Shown in pieces: positions 1 through 12,608 of a DNA stretch of 46,673 nt. The stretch lies in the NCBI RefSeq assembly GCF_006345805.1, contig NW_021834575.1:1-46673 (forward strand). Reading direction: 5' to 3'. Made by a program: the position numbers and the translations under genes. Under the pieces are notes generated by a model. It was not told where the DNA came from and did not search any database. It saw only the letters and a list, made by a program, of their open reading frames with translations. Each line of letters begins with the position of its first letter. Positions within the stretch are counted from its first letter, which is position 1. Source of the DNA: Octopus sinensis. Lineage: Eukaryota.

Positions 1-324
1 TTCGCACACACACCCACACCACCACCACCACACACATACATACACACACACTTGTTTATAGATATGGATAGATAGATAGATAGATAGATATAGATATACA
101 TGCAGACACAGAGAGAGACAGAGACCTGATTGATATAGGTATATAGACAGCATATATGTGCGTATACTCATATATACACACACGATGTATACGCACACAC
201 TTTTATAATATAAGTAGATAAATAGATAGATACATATATATTATTAGCATTTTCTTCTATCCAGAGTATCAATAGCAGAATTTATCTGAAACTGATTTCT
301 AATCTGTACCGATTCCAAGTTTAC

Positions 325-365
<41 letters not shown>

Positions 366-965
366 GTATATATATATTATATATATATTATATATATATA
401 AAGTATGTATGTGTATGGTGTGTGTATGTATATATATATATATATATTATATATATAGGTGGTTTGTGTGTTTGTGTGTGTGTGTATGTGTGTATGGATA
501 ATTTGCATATATATATATATAATTATATATATATTATTATATATAGATATATATATATATGTCTTATACTCCACACACCCATATTTTCGTATGTTCACCA
601 CTGCCACAATCAGGACAACCACTATAACCACCACCACCACCACCACCATCACCATCAGCAACTCAGCTCACATTACCACTTCCATCCCTGTCCCCTACCA
701 CTTTCACTACCATCACCAACACCACTATTACTACCCACCAAGACTACCCCTTTATTACCGAAATACCGCCACCACCGCCATCATCATGACTACCACCATT
801 TCTACCACCCATGTTATTCTAGGTATCAACTACTCTTTGTCAATTTTGGTATTATACGCATTCCGACATCTACCATATTTCCTTTCTTATTGCTGTTGTT
901 AATTATTATTATTATATTAATTATTATTATTATTATTATTATTATTATTTTTTTTTTTTTTTTAG

Positions 966-1020
<55 letters not shown>

Positions 1021-1135
1021 TTTATTTTTTATTATTATTATATTATTATTTTATTATTTTTATATTATTTTTATTTTTATTTTTATTATATTATTATTAT
1101 TATTATGATTATTATTATTATTATTATTATTATTA
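1..1135. repeat. Low-complexity/microsatellite block: (CA)n, (GATA)n, (TA)n, (CAC)n, (ATT)n
   Basis: Direct reading; the long (ATT)n tract is at ~900-1135. Confidence 0.95.
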
Positions 1136-1379
1136 CTGTTATACTTGTTGTTGTTGTTTCAATTCTTGTTATTGCGGTGTTCATTTTTTATTTTTTTGTT
1201 CTTGTTCTTGTTCTTGTTGACCGATTTATTTTCTTTTGTTTTTTCAGCACTTTTACAAATCATAGTCTCTACATTTTACTAATCTTTCACTTACAGTCTT
1301 ACGTCTATTGTTGGTGTTTGTTTTATAATTTTTTGTAGTGTTATTTTGTTTTGTCTTTTATTTGTTATTGAAATGTATT

Positions 1380-1760
1380 GTCAGCCATATTATCTGGCTA
1401 GTAGATTTATCGTTTAATCAACCAGCTTGTTTAGCTGAGAGACGCTCTGTTCAGTAATTTTGTCTACCTGGTAGATATATCGTTTAATCAGCCATATTGC
1501 ATTGCTGGCAGACTCATTGTTTAGCTATCGATATATCTTCAATCTGGTAGACTTCTTGTTTAGACTATTGCCTCGCTGGTAGACTTTCTACTAGTCATAT
1601 CCTCTACCTGGTAAACAGCTTTCTTAGTCAATCATACTGTATGGTTGGTACACCTATTTAGTCAGCTATCCTTTTTGGCTGGTAGATTCGCTATTTAGCC
1701 ACCATATTGTTTAGCAGGCAGTCTTATTCTTAAACCACATTATTTTACTGGCTGACAGTT
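1380..1760. repeat. Degenerate ~35-bp minisatellite
   Basis: CTGGTAGA-like anchor recurs at 1468, 1505, 1544, 1576, 1608, 1645, 1679, 1715 and 1748 (spacing 32-39 bp), usually followed by a TTTAG-like motif. Confidence 0.7.
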
Positions 1761-1780
1761 ATTCACTATATAGTTATGTT

Positions 1781-2167
1781 AAAACTAGCAGTATCGCCCG
1801 GCGTTGCTCGGGTTTGTAAGGGAAATAACTATAAAGCATTTGTAGAGAGTTATAGCCAAAAAATAGCAAAAAAATGGAAAAAAATTATGGTAAATTTATT
1901 TTTGAGAGTTAAAAAGGTGGAGTTGCGTCCCCTAGACAGTCTGTGGGTTTGTTTTCTGATTGTCGACCCCATGTCGAATTTATCGATTTTTTTCAGAACT
2001 GGGGGAACTTTTCAAAATTTTCGCTGCGTTAGTTTTGAATTATGACATTGGGCTATGTGTGTGTCATGTCATCAGAATCGGTTGAAAGCCGTGGTCAGGG
2101 TGAGGGTACAACCTAAAAGACACACAGAAACACACACAGACAAACTGCCGTTTATATATAGAGAGAT
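1781..2167 (+). mobile_element. Non-autonomous Helentron/DINE-1-like (HINE) element
   Basis: 5' ACTAGCAGTAT followed by hairpin CCCG-GCGTTGCT-CGGG; 3' end (CA)-rich tract + CAGACAAACTGCCGTTTATATATAGAGAGAT, matching the typical HINE end architecture; no ORF. Confidence 0.6.
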
Positions 2168-2379
2168 AAACCTGAGTCCATTCTCTGACCAATACATTAA
2201 AAATATCGTTCCATCCCTATATATTCAACCCTACACTAACAGATTAATGAACATCCTTCTCATTTTCTTTTTTGTATCCTTTGGAGTCTAGTCTGGCTAA
2301 CTGACCAGGAGTATTGTACTTAAATTTTTCCTTTCTTTGTTTATGGAATAGAGATTTTGTTATACTTGGGTATGTACAT

Positions 2380-2922
2380 ATTTTACTAATTGTTTTCTAC
2401 AAGTGCTCCACCCTTATTGCAGCCCCTATTTATTCCATCTACTTCTCACTATTTTTACTCACTGTTCCCAGGGCCCCGACAATTATTGGTACTATTACAA
2501 CCATTTTCATCGACCACAACTGCTTAACCTCCCAAGCTAACCTGTCATATCTATCGACTTTTCTTTCTTTCTTATCGCATACCTTGTCAGCTAAGCATGA
2601 TATATCTATGATCCAGCATAGTTTGCTTTCTTTCCCAATTAGCACTGCGTCTAGTTTCTATCTCATGGTCGCACTAAAATCCCACAGTATCTTTGCATTA
2701 TCATTTTCGATGATACCTTCGGGTTTATGTTCATACCACTTTTTTGCTCTGTCAAGTCCATACTTGTTGCAAAATGTCCAATGGACAATCCTTGCTATAT
2801 TGTCATGACGTCTCTTATATTCTTTCTGATCTAGAAACGTACATTGTCTGGTAATATGCCATATGGCTTCACCATTTTGCCCACTAATTCTGCTCTTATC
2901 AATTTCTGATGTGTTGTCTATT
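2380..2922 (-). mobile_element. R4/Dong-like non-LTR retrotransposon 3' fragment (CCHC-knuckle remnant + REL endonuclease), degenerate
   Basis: Minus-strand translation ...GEAIWHITRQCTFLDQKEYKRRHDNIARIVHWTFCNKYGLDRAKKWYEHKPEGIIENDNAKILWDF...LCWIIDISC...YDRLAWEVKQLW...VPIIVGALGTVSK, with stops and frameshifts. Confidence 0.85.
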
Positions 2923-2924
2923 CT

Positions 2925-2981
2925 GTATTATTATTATTATTATCATCATTATTATTATCATTATTATTATCATTATTATTA

Positions 2982-3018
<37 letters not shown>

Positions 3019-3049
3019 CATTATTATTATTATCATTATTATTATCATT

Positions 3050-3145
<96 letters not shown>

Positions 3146-3150
3146 TTATC
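2925..3150. repeat. (ATT)n/(CAT) microsatellite
   Basis: Direct reading. Confidence 0.95.
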
Positions 3151-3206
3151 ATTATCATGGTACTGGGTAGTATTGTTGCTGTTATTATTATCATTTTTCG
3201 TGCTTT

Positions 3207-3249
3207 GTCTAAGGTCTTTCGTCACACATCATGTGACCTCATCAGCGAC
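3207..3249 (-). ncRNA. Type-I hammerhead-like motif, partly degenerate
   Basis: Minus strand: gtcg-CTGATGA-G-GTCACAT gat GTGTGAC-GAAA-GACC-T-T-agac. 7-bp stem II; stem I only 3 bp after a mismatch. Confidence 0.55.
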
Positions 3250-3484
3250 TTTCTATCCAACGTGTCTCCACTTGTTCCACTTATTTTATTTCCCAAGCAG
3301 AACAACGTCTGTTTCAACACACGGTCTCACATGAAGAATCTCGCAAAACAAATACATAGGAGTGAGTCGTAAATACAATTGTGTATAACTTTTATTTTAA
3401 TCGTTGCTGCTTACCGTTCCTTTAATGATTTCATACTAAACTTGTTGCTTTTTTCATTGTACTTTTGTTTAGGCCTAGTTCAGC

Positions 3485-3900
3485 ATTGGTCGAGTTGGTG
3501 ATACTCAAGCTCAAACCATCTGCAAGATTCAGTTGCCCTTTGGCGATGATGCTATGCTCAAAACCCAGATTAAGGAGTTGTACAACCGCTTCAAACATGG
3601 CCGCACCTCAGTGAGGAGCGAGGCACGTTCAGGCAGGCCATACGCAAGCCGAAACGAGGGACCGATTGAGAAGATTCGGTGAATGGTCAACGAAGTGGGA
3701 AAAAGCACAGGATCTGTGCATTTCCTTTTAGCGGAGGATTTGTGCATGCAGAGGGTGACGGCGAAAACCCTAAAGTGCTGGCGGAGTAGCAGAAGCAACT
3801 CAGCATGGAAGGTGGTCAAGGATGCTGGTCTGTGCAAATCACGACCCACACTCCAAGAAGACCGTCATCACTGGTGATGACACTTAGGTTTATGCTCTCT
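3485..3900 (+). mobile_element. Mariner transposase pseudogene fragment (HTH through first catalytic motif)
   Basis: Translation GDDAMLKTQIKELYNRFKHGRTSVRSEARSGRP...GSVHFLLAEDLCMQRVTAK...TVITGDDT*VY, resembling the mariner TGDETW motif; stops and deletions present. Confidence 0.85.
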
Positions 3901-3934
3901 ACTTGATGCGTTGTCATCTTGCATGAAAACGAAA

Positions 3935-4233
3935 ATCTCTCCCTTTGTCTCTCTCTCTCTTTGTCTCTCTCTTTCTCTCTCTCCCTCTTTCTTTCTCTCT
4001 CTCCCTTTCTTACTCATTCTCTCTCTCCCCCTTCCTCTCTCTCTCCATCTCTCTCCCCCTCCCCCTCTCTCTCTCTCTCACTAATATATCTTTACTCTGT
4101 CGTTCTCCATGCCTGAATCTCTGATTCTATCCTTCATGTTCACTCTCACTTTCTTTGGGCCTAAACTACACACCTTATGTTTCCTTCTTTCCTGCTTTCC
4201 CTCTCTCTCCGCTTCTGTCTCTCTCTATATATA

Positions 4234-4282
<49 letters not shown>

Positions 4283-4810
4283 CTATCTGTCTATCTATCT
4301 ATCTATCTCTTTCTGGCTCTTTTTCTTTCCTTCTCTCGCGCTTTCTTTCTTTCTCGCTTTCTCCCACCCCACCCTCTCTCTCTCTCTCTCTTTCACACCT
4401 TATTTGTCACATACACAAGTACAGCGACCACGCACACACCCTCTCTCTGCCACCCCTCTCTCTCTCTTCCTCCTACTTTTTCTCTCTTTCTTACGCTATA
4501 TCAGACCCATATACACAAGTACACTCTCTCTTTCTCACGCTGTCTTTCACTCTCTGTCCATCTCCTACTACTCCCTCCTTTCTTTCTCTCTCTCTCTCAC
4601 TCTTTCACTTGGGGTCTATTTGACCAAAACTCTATCAGTCTGTCTATCTGTCTCTCTCTCCACCTTCTCTCTTTCATCCACACTCTCTCTCTCTTTCTAT
4701 CTCACCTTCTCTATTTATCCCCCTCTCACTTCCTCCCCCCCCCCCCCCGGCACCCTTTGACCAATATAAACACACACACGCACACACGCACACACACAAG
4801 TACACACACC
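3935..4810. repeat. CT-rich/(CTAT)n low-complexity tract
   Basis: Direct reading. Confidence 0.9.
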
Positions 4811-5682
4811 CATGACAACCACCTCCTACATTCTTTGCTGGTCAGTCTTTTTTAAGTCCACTTAACATATCAATAGAGTTAGTCTTCTCTCCTCCGTGAT
4901 TAATTATCTTGCCAGTCTTTCTGAAAAGAACTTCCACCGACAAGCTTTAGTCATTAATCATGCTTCCTTTTCTTTATTTTTACGTCTTAAATTGATGCCA
5001 AATCGAAGAACTCCGTCGAATTATTGAGAAGAGGCCGCGGAAATATTCTCTTCTTGTTACACAGCGAATAACAAAGGAGGTTGAAGGTGAAAGGGGTGGA
5101 GCAAGGTAGTGGAGATGGTGGTAACAATAGTGGGGAGTACGTGGAGATATTGGCGGTGGTGGTGGTGGTGGTGGTGGTGGTAGTGGTGGTGGTGGTGGTG
5201 GTTGTGGTGATGTCGACAGTATGGTAGTGGTGGAGAATACGGTGATTCTGGGGAGGTTTTTGTGGTGGTGGTGGTGGTGGTGGTGGTAGAGCCGAGTGAC
5301 CTAGTGAAAATGGTCAGTGAAAGATAGTCGACCAGGTTATTAGGGGGTTTGCCTGGGTTTCAGAGGGTTTGACACAAAGGTTCGCTGGAGATTCGGGGGT
5401 GGGGTGGGGGTGTTGAGGAGGCTACACAACAGAAGGTGATAATCGGTAGAAAACATTTGGGAATTTAAATGTAGCATAATAAGGTTTGTGATTGTGTCAA
5501 TAGCGAAAGGTGTGCATGCGAATGCAACGGAGTGGTTGTTGTTGTTGTAGCTGCCGCCGTTGTTGTTGTTCTTGCTGATGTGGCTGAGTGGCTATTGTTG
5601 TTGGTACTGCTGCTGCTGTTGTTGTTCTTGCTGCTGTTGTTGTTCATGTTTAGCCCGGGGGTCAGCTATGGATGTGCAAGTC

Positions 5683-5778
5683 TGGCGGTGTAGTTAAGTA
5701 GTCGGCTTCGCAAACATCACGTGGTTTCGGGTTCGTCTCACCGCGCAGCACCTTGAGCAAGTGCTTTCCACCATAGAC
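5683..5778 (+). mobile_element. SINE family A, tRNA-like head fragment
   Basis: GGGTTCGTCTC B-box-like motif followed by GCACCTTGAGCAAGTG, shared with the full copies at 8224 and 17017. Confidence 0.65.
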
Positions 5779-5988
5779 CAATCAAAAAGGGAAACAAAAA
5801 GCTTTGTTGAAGCTAGTTGTATAACTATATATTAACACTGAGTTTTGATATTTCCCGTAGGCATTGCGAGACAATCTCGTTTAGAGCTCAATATCCAAGC
5901 GACGAGTATAGAGCGACAATAAGAAAAGGAGATGACAAAGAAATAAACGATTATCCCATGATCTTCATCAAATAAATTGCACTACATA

Positions 5989-6078
5989 TTCGAAGCTCCG
6001 ATGAGGCTATAAAGTGAGACTCAGGTACTCAGCTATGACTCCACTGCATTAGAGCAGAAACAGCTGTAAGCTGTTGAA
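5989..6078 (+). ncRNA. Type-I hammerhead-like motif with long stem II, two core-adjacent mutations
   Basis: ttcgaagct-CCGATGA-[52 nt; gcta-ta/ta-gagc arms]-GAAA-CAGCTG-T-A-agctgttgaa. Palindromic stem III; U4C change and G10.1-A11.1 mismatch. Confidence 0.55.
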
Positions 6079-6125
6079 GTACACAAGATAATCGCTTATT
6101 CATTTGTCATCCCATTTCCTTACAG

Positions 6126-6340
6126 ATTCTTTTATTTGTTTCAGTCATTTGAATGAGACCATGCTGGAGCACCGCCTTTTAGTCGAGCAAATTGACCCCA
6201 GGACTTATTCTATCGTTCTCTATTGCAGAACCGCTAATGTTACGAGGAAGTAACACACCAGCATCGGTTGTCAAGCGATGTTGGGAGACAAGACACACAA
6301 GACACACACACACACACACACACATACACACACACCTGCG

Positions 6341-6374
<34 letters not shown>

Positions 6375-6577
6375 CAGAAAGAAGCCCGTCGTATATATAT
6401 ATATATATATATATATATACGACGAGCTTCTTTCTGTTTCCATCTACCAAATCCACTCACAAGGCTTTGGTCGACCCGAGGCTATAGAAGAAGACGCTTG
6501 CCCAAGATGCCATTCAGTGGGACCGAACCCGGGACCATGTGGTTGGTAAGGAAGCTACTTACCACACAGCCACTCCT
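6126..6577 (-). mobile_element. SINE family A, near full-length (tRNA-like head, internal (TA)n(TG)n, tail)
   Basis: Reverse complement matches 8224-8611 and 17017-17440. Confidence 0.9.
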
Positions 6578-6799
6578 AATCGTTTTTACTGGTACTCTAA
6601 GTTATAGCAGAGGGCGTACTCAACCAGCAGATAATGCCATTATGATGAATTTAGAGGTCCAATAAAAACGAATTTTATGATGAATTGTTTCCACACCGGA
6701 AAACCTTTGACATTAATAAAAGTAACTTTTCATAAACTTCGATTTTGATTTTCTGAAACATTAAAATACGTTTTTCATTCAGTTTGCATCTTGCATCTT

Positions 6800-7030
6800 T
6801 TCATTTATCTTTTCTTGTCTCGGTGATTAGATTGTGGTCATGCTGCAGCACTGCCTCGAAGAATGTTAAGTCGAATATATCGTACGCAGTAATGATTCTT
6901 TTTTTTTTAAGCCTGGTGTTTATTCTCTCGGTGTCTTTTGTTGAACTGCTAAGTTACGGGTACGTAAACCCACAAGCTCCGGTCGTCAAGTGGGATAAGG
7001 ATAAATACAAAGAGACACACATACATATAC
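6800..7030 (-). mobile_element. SINE family A, tail half (diverged)
   Basis: Reverse complement resembles the CGCTTGACAACCG...GCGGTGCTCCAGCATGGCC tail. Confidence 0.65.
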
Positions 7031-7719
7031 ATATATAAAATTCTAAATGGAGAAATAGTCTATGATGAAATTTATCTTATCATTGGATATTCTTACTTCA
7101 CAAGTATATTTATGCATGAATGTATAGATATGTGTATATATACATATACATACACACTCACACTTACAGACACATAGACACACTCGCACACCCAGCCACA
7201 TAGATACATATACACTCATACACACACACACACACACTTATATATACACATACATACATATACATACCGCACATATTTACCCTCGTCCAAACACAATCTG
7301 TATCAACTCCTAAGTGTCCGGTGGTCGAACGAAATCTAATATTTAATGTTATTGTCCGGCCATGCTGGAAGGTCATCAGTGAGAAGATGTCTATGTCCAG
7401 TTTTGGTATCATCGGTCAATGGTTTAACTGCCTTCTAACACCAAAGTGATACAGTCACGTCCTAAATTTGGCACAACACACACGTAGGCACTTCTTTTTT
7501 TTGTTTTTTTTTTACTTCTTTTCTAGTTTCATCACAGAAATCACTGGAAATCTTCTTTACGTTATTTGTTTTCGCAATAATCTTGGTCACCATTTTAATC
7601 ATGTTACTATTGTTGTTGCCGTCTCTTGTTTCTTCTCTTCATTTTCCTGATTTTTATTTTTATTCTTTTTCTCCTTTTCCTCCTCCTTATTCTTATCGTT
7701 GTTATCCCCTTTTCCTCTA

Positions 7720-7757
<38 letters not shown>

Positions 7758-8223
7758 CCACCACCGTCGTCATGGTCATCGTCCTTGTAGTCGTCTCCGT
7801 CGTTGTTGGCGTCGTTTTTCCCAACGAGGTCATCAATCTGGCCATCTCCATGATCACCACTACGACCATTATCGAAACCCTCACCAGCGACATCTTCGTC
7901 ATCATCATCATCATCCCTCGTTTTTGTCGGCGTCCTTATCATCCACATGGTCATCAGTTTGTCTATCTTCAAAATCACTATTACAATCATTATCGTGATC
8001 TTCAACAGCGTCGTTGTCATCACCATCATCATCAGCAGCAGCAGCAGGTGCAGCAGTATTGATGGGCTTCAATGCAGAATTATAGAAGCACTTAGCTAAA
8101 TATTTGCACAGCATCCATCATCCGATGTTCTACCGGTTCTATTTTTCGCTACCACTTTTGCCAGTGAAAGAAGAACAACTCAAGAGGCAAATCACTGTAA
8201 AAAAAAAAAAAAAAAAGATACGC

Positions 8224-8611
8224 AGGAGTGGCTGTGTGGTAAGTAGCTTGCTAACCAGCCACATGGTTCCGGGTTCAGTACCACTGCGTGGCATCTTGGG
8301 CAAGTGTCTTCTGCTATAGCCCCGGGCCGACCAAAGCCTTGTGAGTGGATTTGGTAGACGGAAACTGAAAGAAGCCTGTCGTATATATGTGTATATATAT
8401 ATATATAGTGTGTTGTGTTGTGTGTGTGTGTATGTTTGTGTGTCTGTGTTTGTCCCACTAGCATTGCTTGACAACCGATGCTGGTGTGTTTACGTCCCCG
8501 TCACTTAGCAGTTCGGCAAAAGAGACCGATAGAATAAGTACTAAAGGCGGTGCTCCAGCATGACCGCTGTCAAATGACTGAAACAAGTAAAAGAGTAAAA
8601 GAGTAAAGAGT
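8224..8611 (+). mobile_element. SINE family A, near full-length
   Basis: AGGAGTGGCTGTGTGGTAAG...GGTTCAGTACC (A/B-box-like)...GAAAGAAGCC-(TA)n(TG)n-...CAAATGACTGAAACAAGTAAAAGAG. Confidence 0.9.
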
Positions 8612-9026
8612 ATACGAATTCCCTCAAACTGAACTCGGCAGAGAAACAAGTCGTAGACGTGCTTATTCAATAAGGGAGGCAAGACTCAATTACCTTGGAT
8701 GTAGCTTTTCGTAGGAGAAAGAAAACGAAAACCTAGTGGTTACATTTAACGGCAGCTGTAAAGATAAAGAAGGGACGATTTCGAGAAATTTAATATCAAT
8801 TTGTTCAAATGATTTGACATGTCTGGGATTGTCAAAGATAGCCAGATGAGATTTTTTCTTTCCTCTTTCTTTTTCTTTGTAACTGCAACAGGCAGGTCTG
8901 CGGCAAAAAAAAAATATTGCGATTCACTTGGGTCTTTTGATTTCATAAAACAGTTGAAGACGCTAGAAAGAGTTATTGTAACGGATGTTAGAACTCGTTA
9001 TAACAGCACCTGAGAGAGCGGGACGT

Positions 9027-9739
<713 letters not shown>

Positions 9740-9778
9740 TTATAATAATAATAATAAGTAATGACATTTTGTTTAGGA

Positions 9779-10252
9779 CAGGTATAATTACCAACACAGG
9801 AACATGTATCATACATCAAAATGAAGCTGGTCCTCTGTGGATCACATCCCTACTTCTCAACATAGTCGCCGTTTCTCTCAATAGCAATGTTCCACCTTCA
9901 AATGAGAGCATGAATCCCTGCCCCGTAAAAATCTGTTGACTGTTCTTTGAGCCACTTCTTCACTACAGTTTTCATTTCCTCGTCACTGAGCTATCATCTC
10001 TTCGGCGCCACAAAAGTGGGTTTAGGAGGCAAACATTATTCCAGTGACGAGGAAATGAAAAATGTAGTGAAGAAATGTCTGAAAGAACAGTCAACAAAAT
10101 TTTACGGGGCAGGGATACATGCTCTCATTCGAAGGTGGAACATTGCTATTGAGAGAAACGGTGACTATGTTGAGAAGTAGGGATGTGATCCACAGAGGAC
10201 CAGCTTCATTTTGATGTATGATACATGTTCCTGTGGTGGTAATTATAACCTG
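9779..10252. mobile_element. Mariner 3'-end foldback (arms 9779-9988 and 10042-10252, 53-bp spacer)
   Basis: Plus strand encodes YHLFGATKVGLGGKHYSSDEEMKNVVKKCLKEQSTKFYGAGIHALIRRWNIAIERNGDYVEK*; the left arm is its reverse complement. Confidence 0.9.
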
Positions 10253-11044
10253 ATTCCACCCTTGTCATTCTATAGGCTCCTTCCTATCAGCATTCATTTC
10301 TTAGATAGTTACAATAGCAATCTCAGTAGATGATTGATACAAATTTCCCTGATCCCTGGTAGGATACATGGTTAATTTGACTCTGGAAAGTTTAGAAATT
10401 AAAATGAAATGTTCCACACTTAAACGTCACAAAGCAATTTGTTTGACGCTCCACCATATTTACAAAATATCCCTTTTCACTTAAAGCCTGGAAAAATATA
10501 TCGGTCTCATAGCGACCGGAAGTTCGCACCTCTCACCTCTGTAACTAATCACAACACAAATTACAATCTCCAGCAATCGTTTCCGCCCTCGCCTCCCCCA
10601 CCTCAATCAACTGCAGCCATCTTTAAACTTTATCTCTAACCCGTCGCTTCCTATTTCTGTTTTTTTGGTAGGGTTTTGCTGTTTTCTTTTTTGCTTTTCG
10701 TATTCTTCGAAACTTTTGCATCCAACCATGACCTCATTACAATATAAAACATCATCACATCATAATAATTGCTATCGAGTCTTTAGCAGAATTATAAGCA
10801 GCTTCTTGAAAACCTGGTGAACGTATATATTTACCGTTCCTGGCACCGACTTTTGGGAAATGGTAATGAACGAAACATTAAACAAAGCAGACAGAAGTTG
10901 AACGAGTTTTCATTTTATTTACTTATTTATTTGCTCATTTCTATATTTCATATTTATTTTAGATCATATTTAATATTTTGGATCGGGTTTCAAATGTTAA
11001 ATTTCACAGACACCACACAGTGGTCTGTTTGTGGATATTACATA

Positions 11045-11430
<386 letters not shown>

Positions 11431-11956
11431 TTCTTACTACATACGAGTAGAATTATGCAAATATATGCGTAAGGATACATGTGCGTAGTGTGTATGTATG
11501 TATTATGCTTGTAAGAATGTATGTACGTATTTGTACGTATGTAGGCATATGTATTTGCCGTAAGTAGGGCCGTTGGTAAACCTCAGGTGCCTTCGGTAGC
11601 GAGGAAAGGCGATCGAACCCAATAGATGCAACCCGCATTAATGAGGCTTCAGGGACCACTTCTACCCGTCTATCAATTCGCCTCAATTAAGTCGCTTCCA
11701 GATACTTGTCGACAAAAAGAACAATATTATGATAAACATATTGGAATGCAGACTGCAGTGCTCGTGAATATTTGTATGTTTATGCGTGTGTGTTTGTGTA
11801 TGTCTGTGTTCGTGCGTGTGTATGTGTGTGTATGTGTGTTGGTCATGGGACTATCATAGATTGCGATAGAGACAGATAGATAGATTGATAGGGAGAGAGA
11901 GAGAGTGAGAGAGAGAGAGAAACTGAGAGAGACTGAGAGAATATTGATAGATAAGC

Positions 11957-12115
11957 GCAGGCGTGGTTGTGTGGGACGAAGTTTGTTTCCCAGACACATG
12001 GTTTCGGGTTCCGTGTTAATGCGTGGCATCTTGAGCGAGTCTTTTTCTTCAGCCTCAGGCCGATCAAACCTTGAAGGGATTCGTAAGACGGAAACTGAAA
12101 GCAACCCAATCAGAA
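11957..12115 (+). mobile_element. SINE family A head
   Basis: CAGACACATGGTTTCGGGTTCCG...GCGTGGCATCTTGAGCGAG...ACGGAAACTGAAAG. Confidence 0.8.
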
Positions 12116-12134
12116 TTAATGAAATGCAATGGGA

Positions 12135-12305
12135 CAACGTGTAGACTTTCAATTATTGTACTGGCCTGCACTTCATTTGTATACCTCGACAGGATACAAT
12201 GAAGGATTTATTCAACAGAGTGCTGGACCGAGTGCCACAAAGCATTTTATCGTATGCGCTAGCGATTTTGCCACTTCGTTCGTTTCTACAAGAATAGATA
12301 GAGAC
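12135..12305 (-). mobile_element. SINE family B, diverged
   Basis: Reverse complement resembles 27168-27362 (AAATGCTT...CTTCATTG...CGAGGT...ATAA...CCAGTAC). Confidence 0.6.
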
Positions 12306-12455
12306 AGCTGTGGCCGGTAAGAAATTTGCATTCCAACTACATGGTTTCAGGCCCCCTCTGCGTGGCACCGTGGTTATGTGTGTTTTACTGTAGCCTCGAG
12401 CCGACCAATTACTTGTGACTGGGTTCAATAGACAGGAACTGAAAGAAGCCCATCT
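12305..12455 (+). mobile_element. SINE family A head
   Basis: GGTAAGAAATTTGC...CATGGTTTCAGG...GCGTGGCACC...TAGCCTCGAGCCGACC...GAAAGAAGCCC. Confidence 0.8.
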
Positions 12456-12608
12456 CGTGGTAACTTGGCTAAGTATCTTCTACAATAACTTTCGTTCCAC
12501 CCTAAGCCATGTAGGTGGAATTGGTAGAAGGAGGCTGAAAAAACCCGTCGTAAATAATATACATGAGTGAGAGAGTATGGTTGGTGATTACATGTGGTTG
12601 AATATACG

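Noticed and set aside
3362-3372. Minus-strand TACGACTCACT, partial match to the T7 promoter
   Set aside because: Only 11 nt and not followed by ATAG; chance.
10516-10623. ETS (CCGGAAGT), GC box (CCGCCC) and YY1-like (GCCATCTT) cluster
   Set aside because: Short motifs with no splice or other support; compatible with chance.
11565-11720. Short GC-richer island with E-box and TAAT motifs and a TAATGAGGC/GCCTCAATTA hairpin
   Set aside because: No ORF, splice pair or repeat match that can be supported; an enhancer role cannot be judged from sequence alone.
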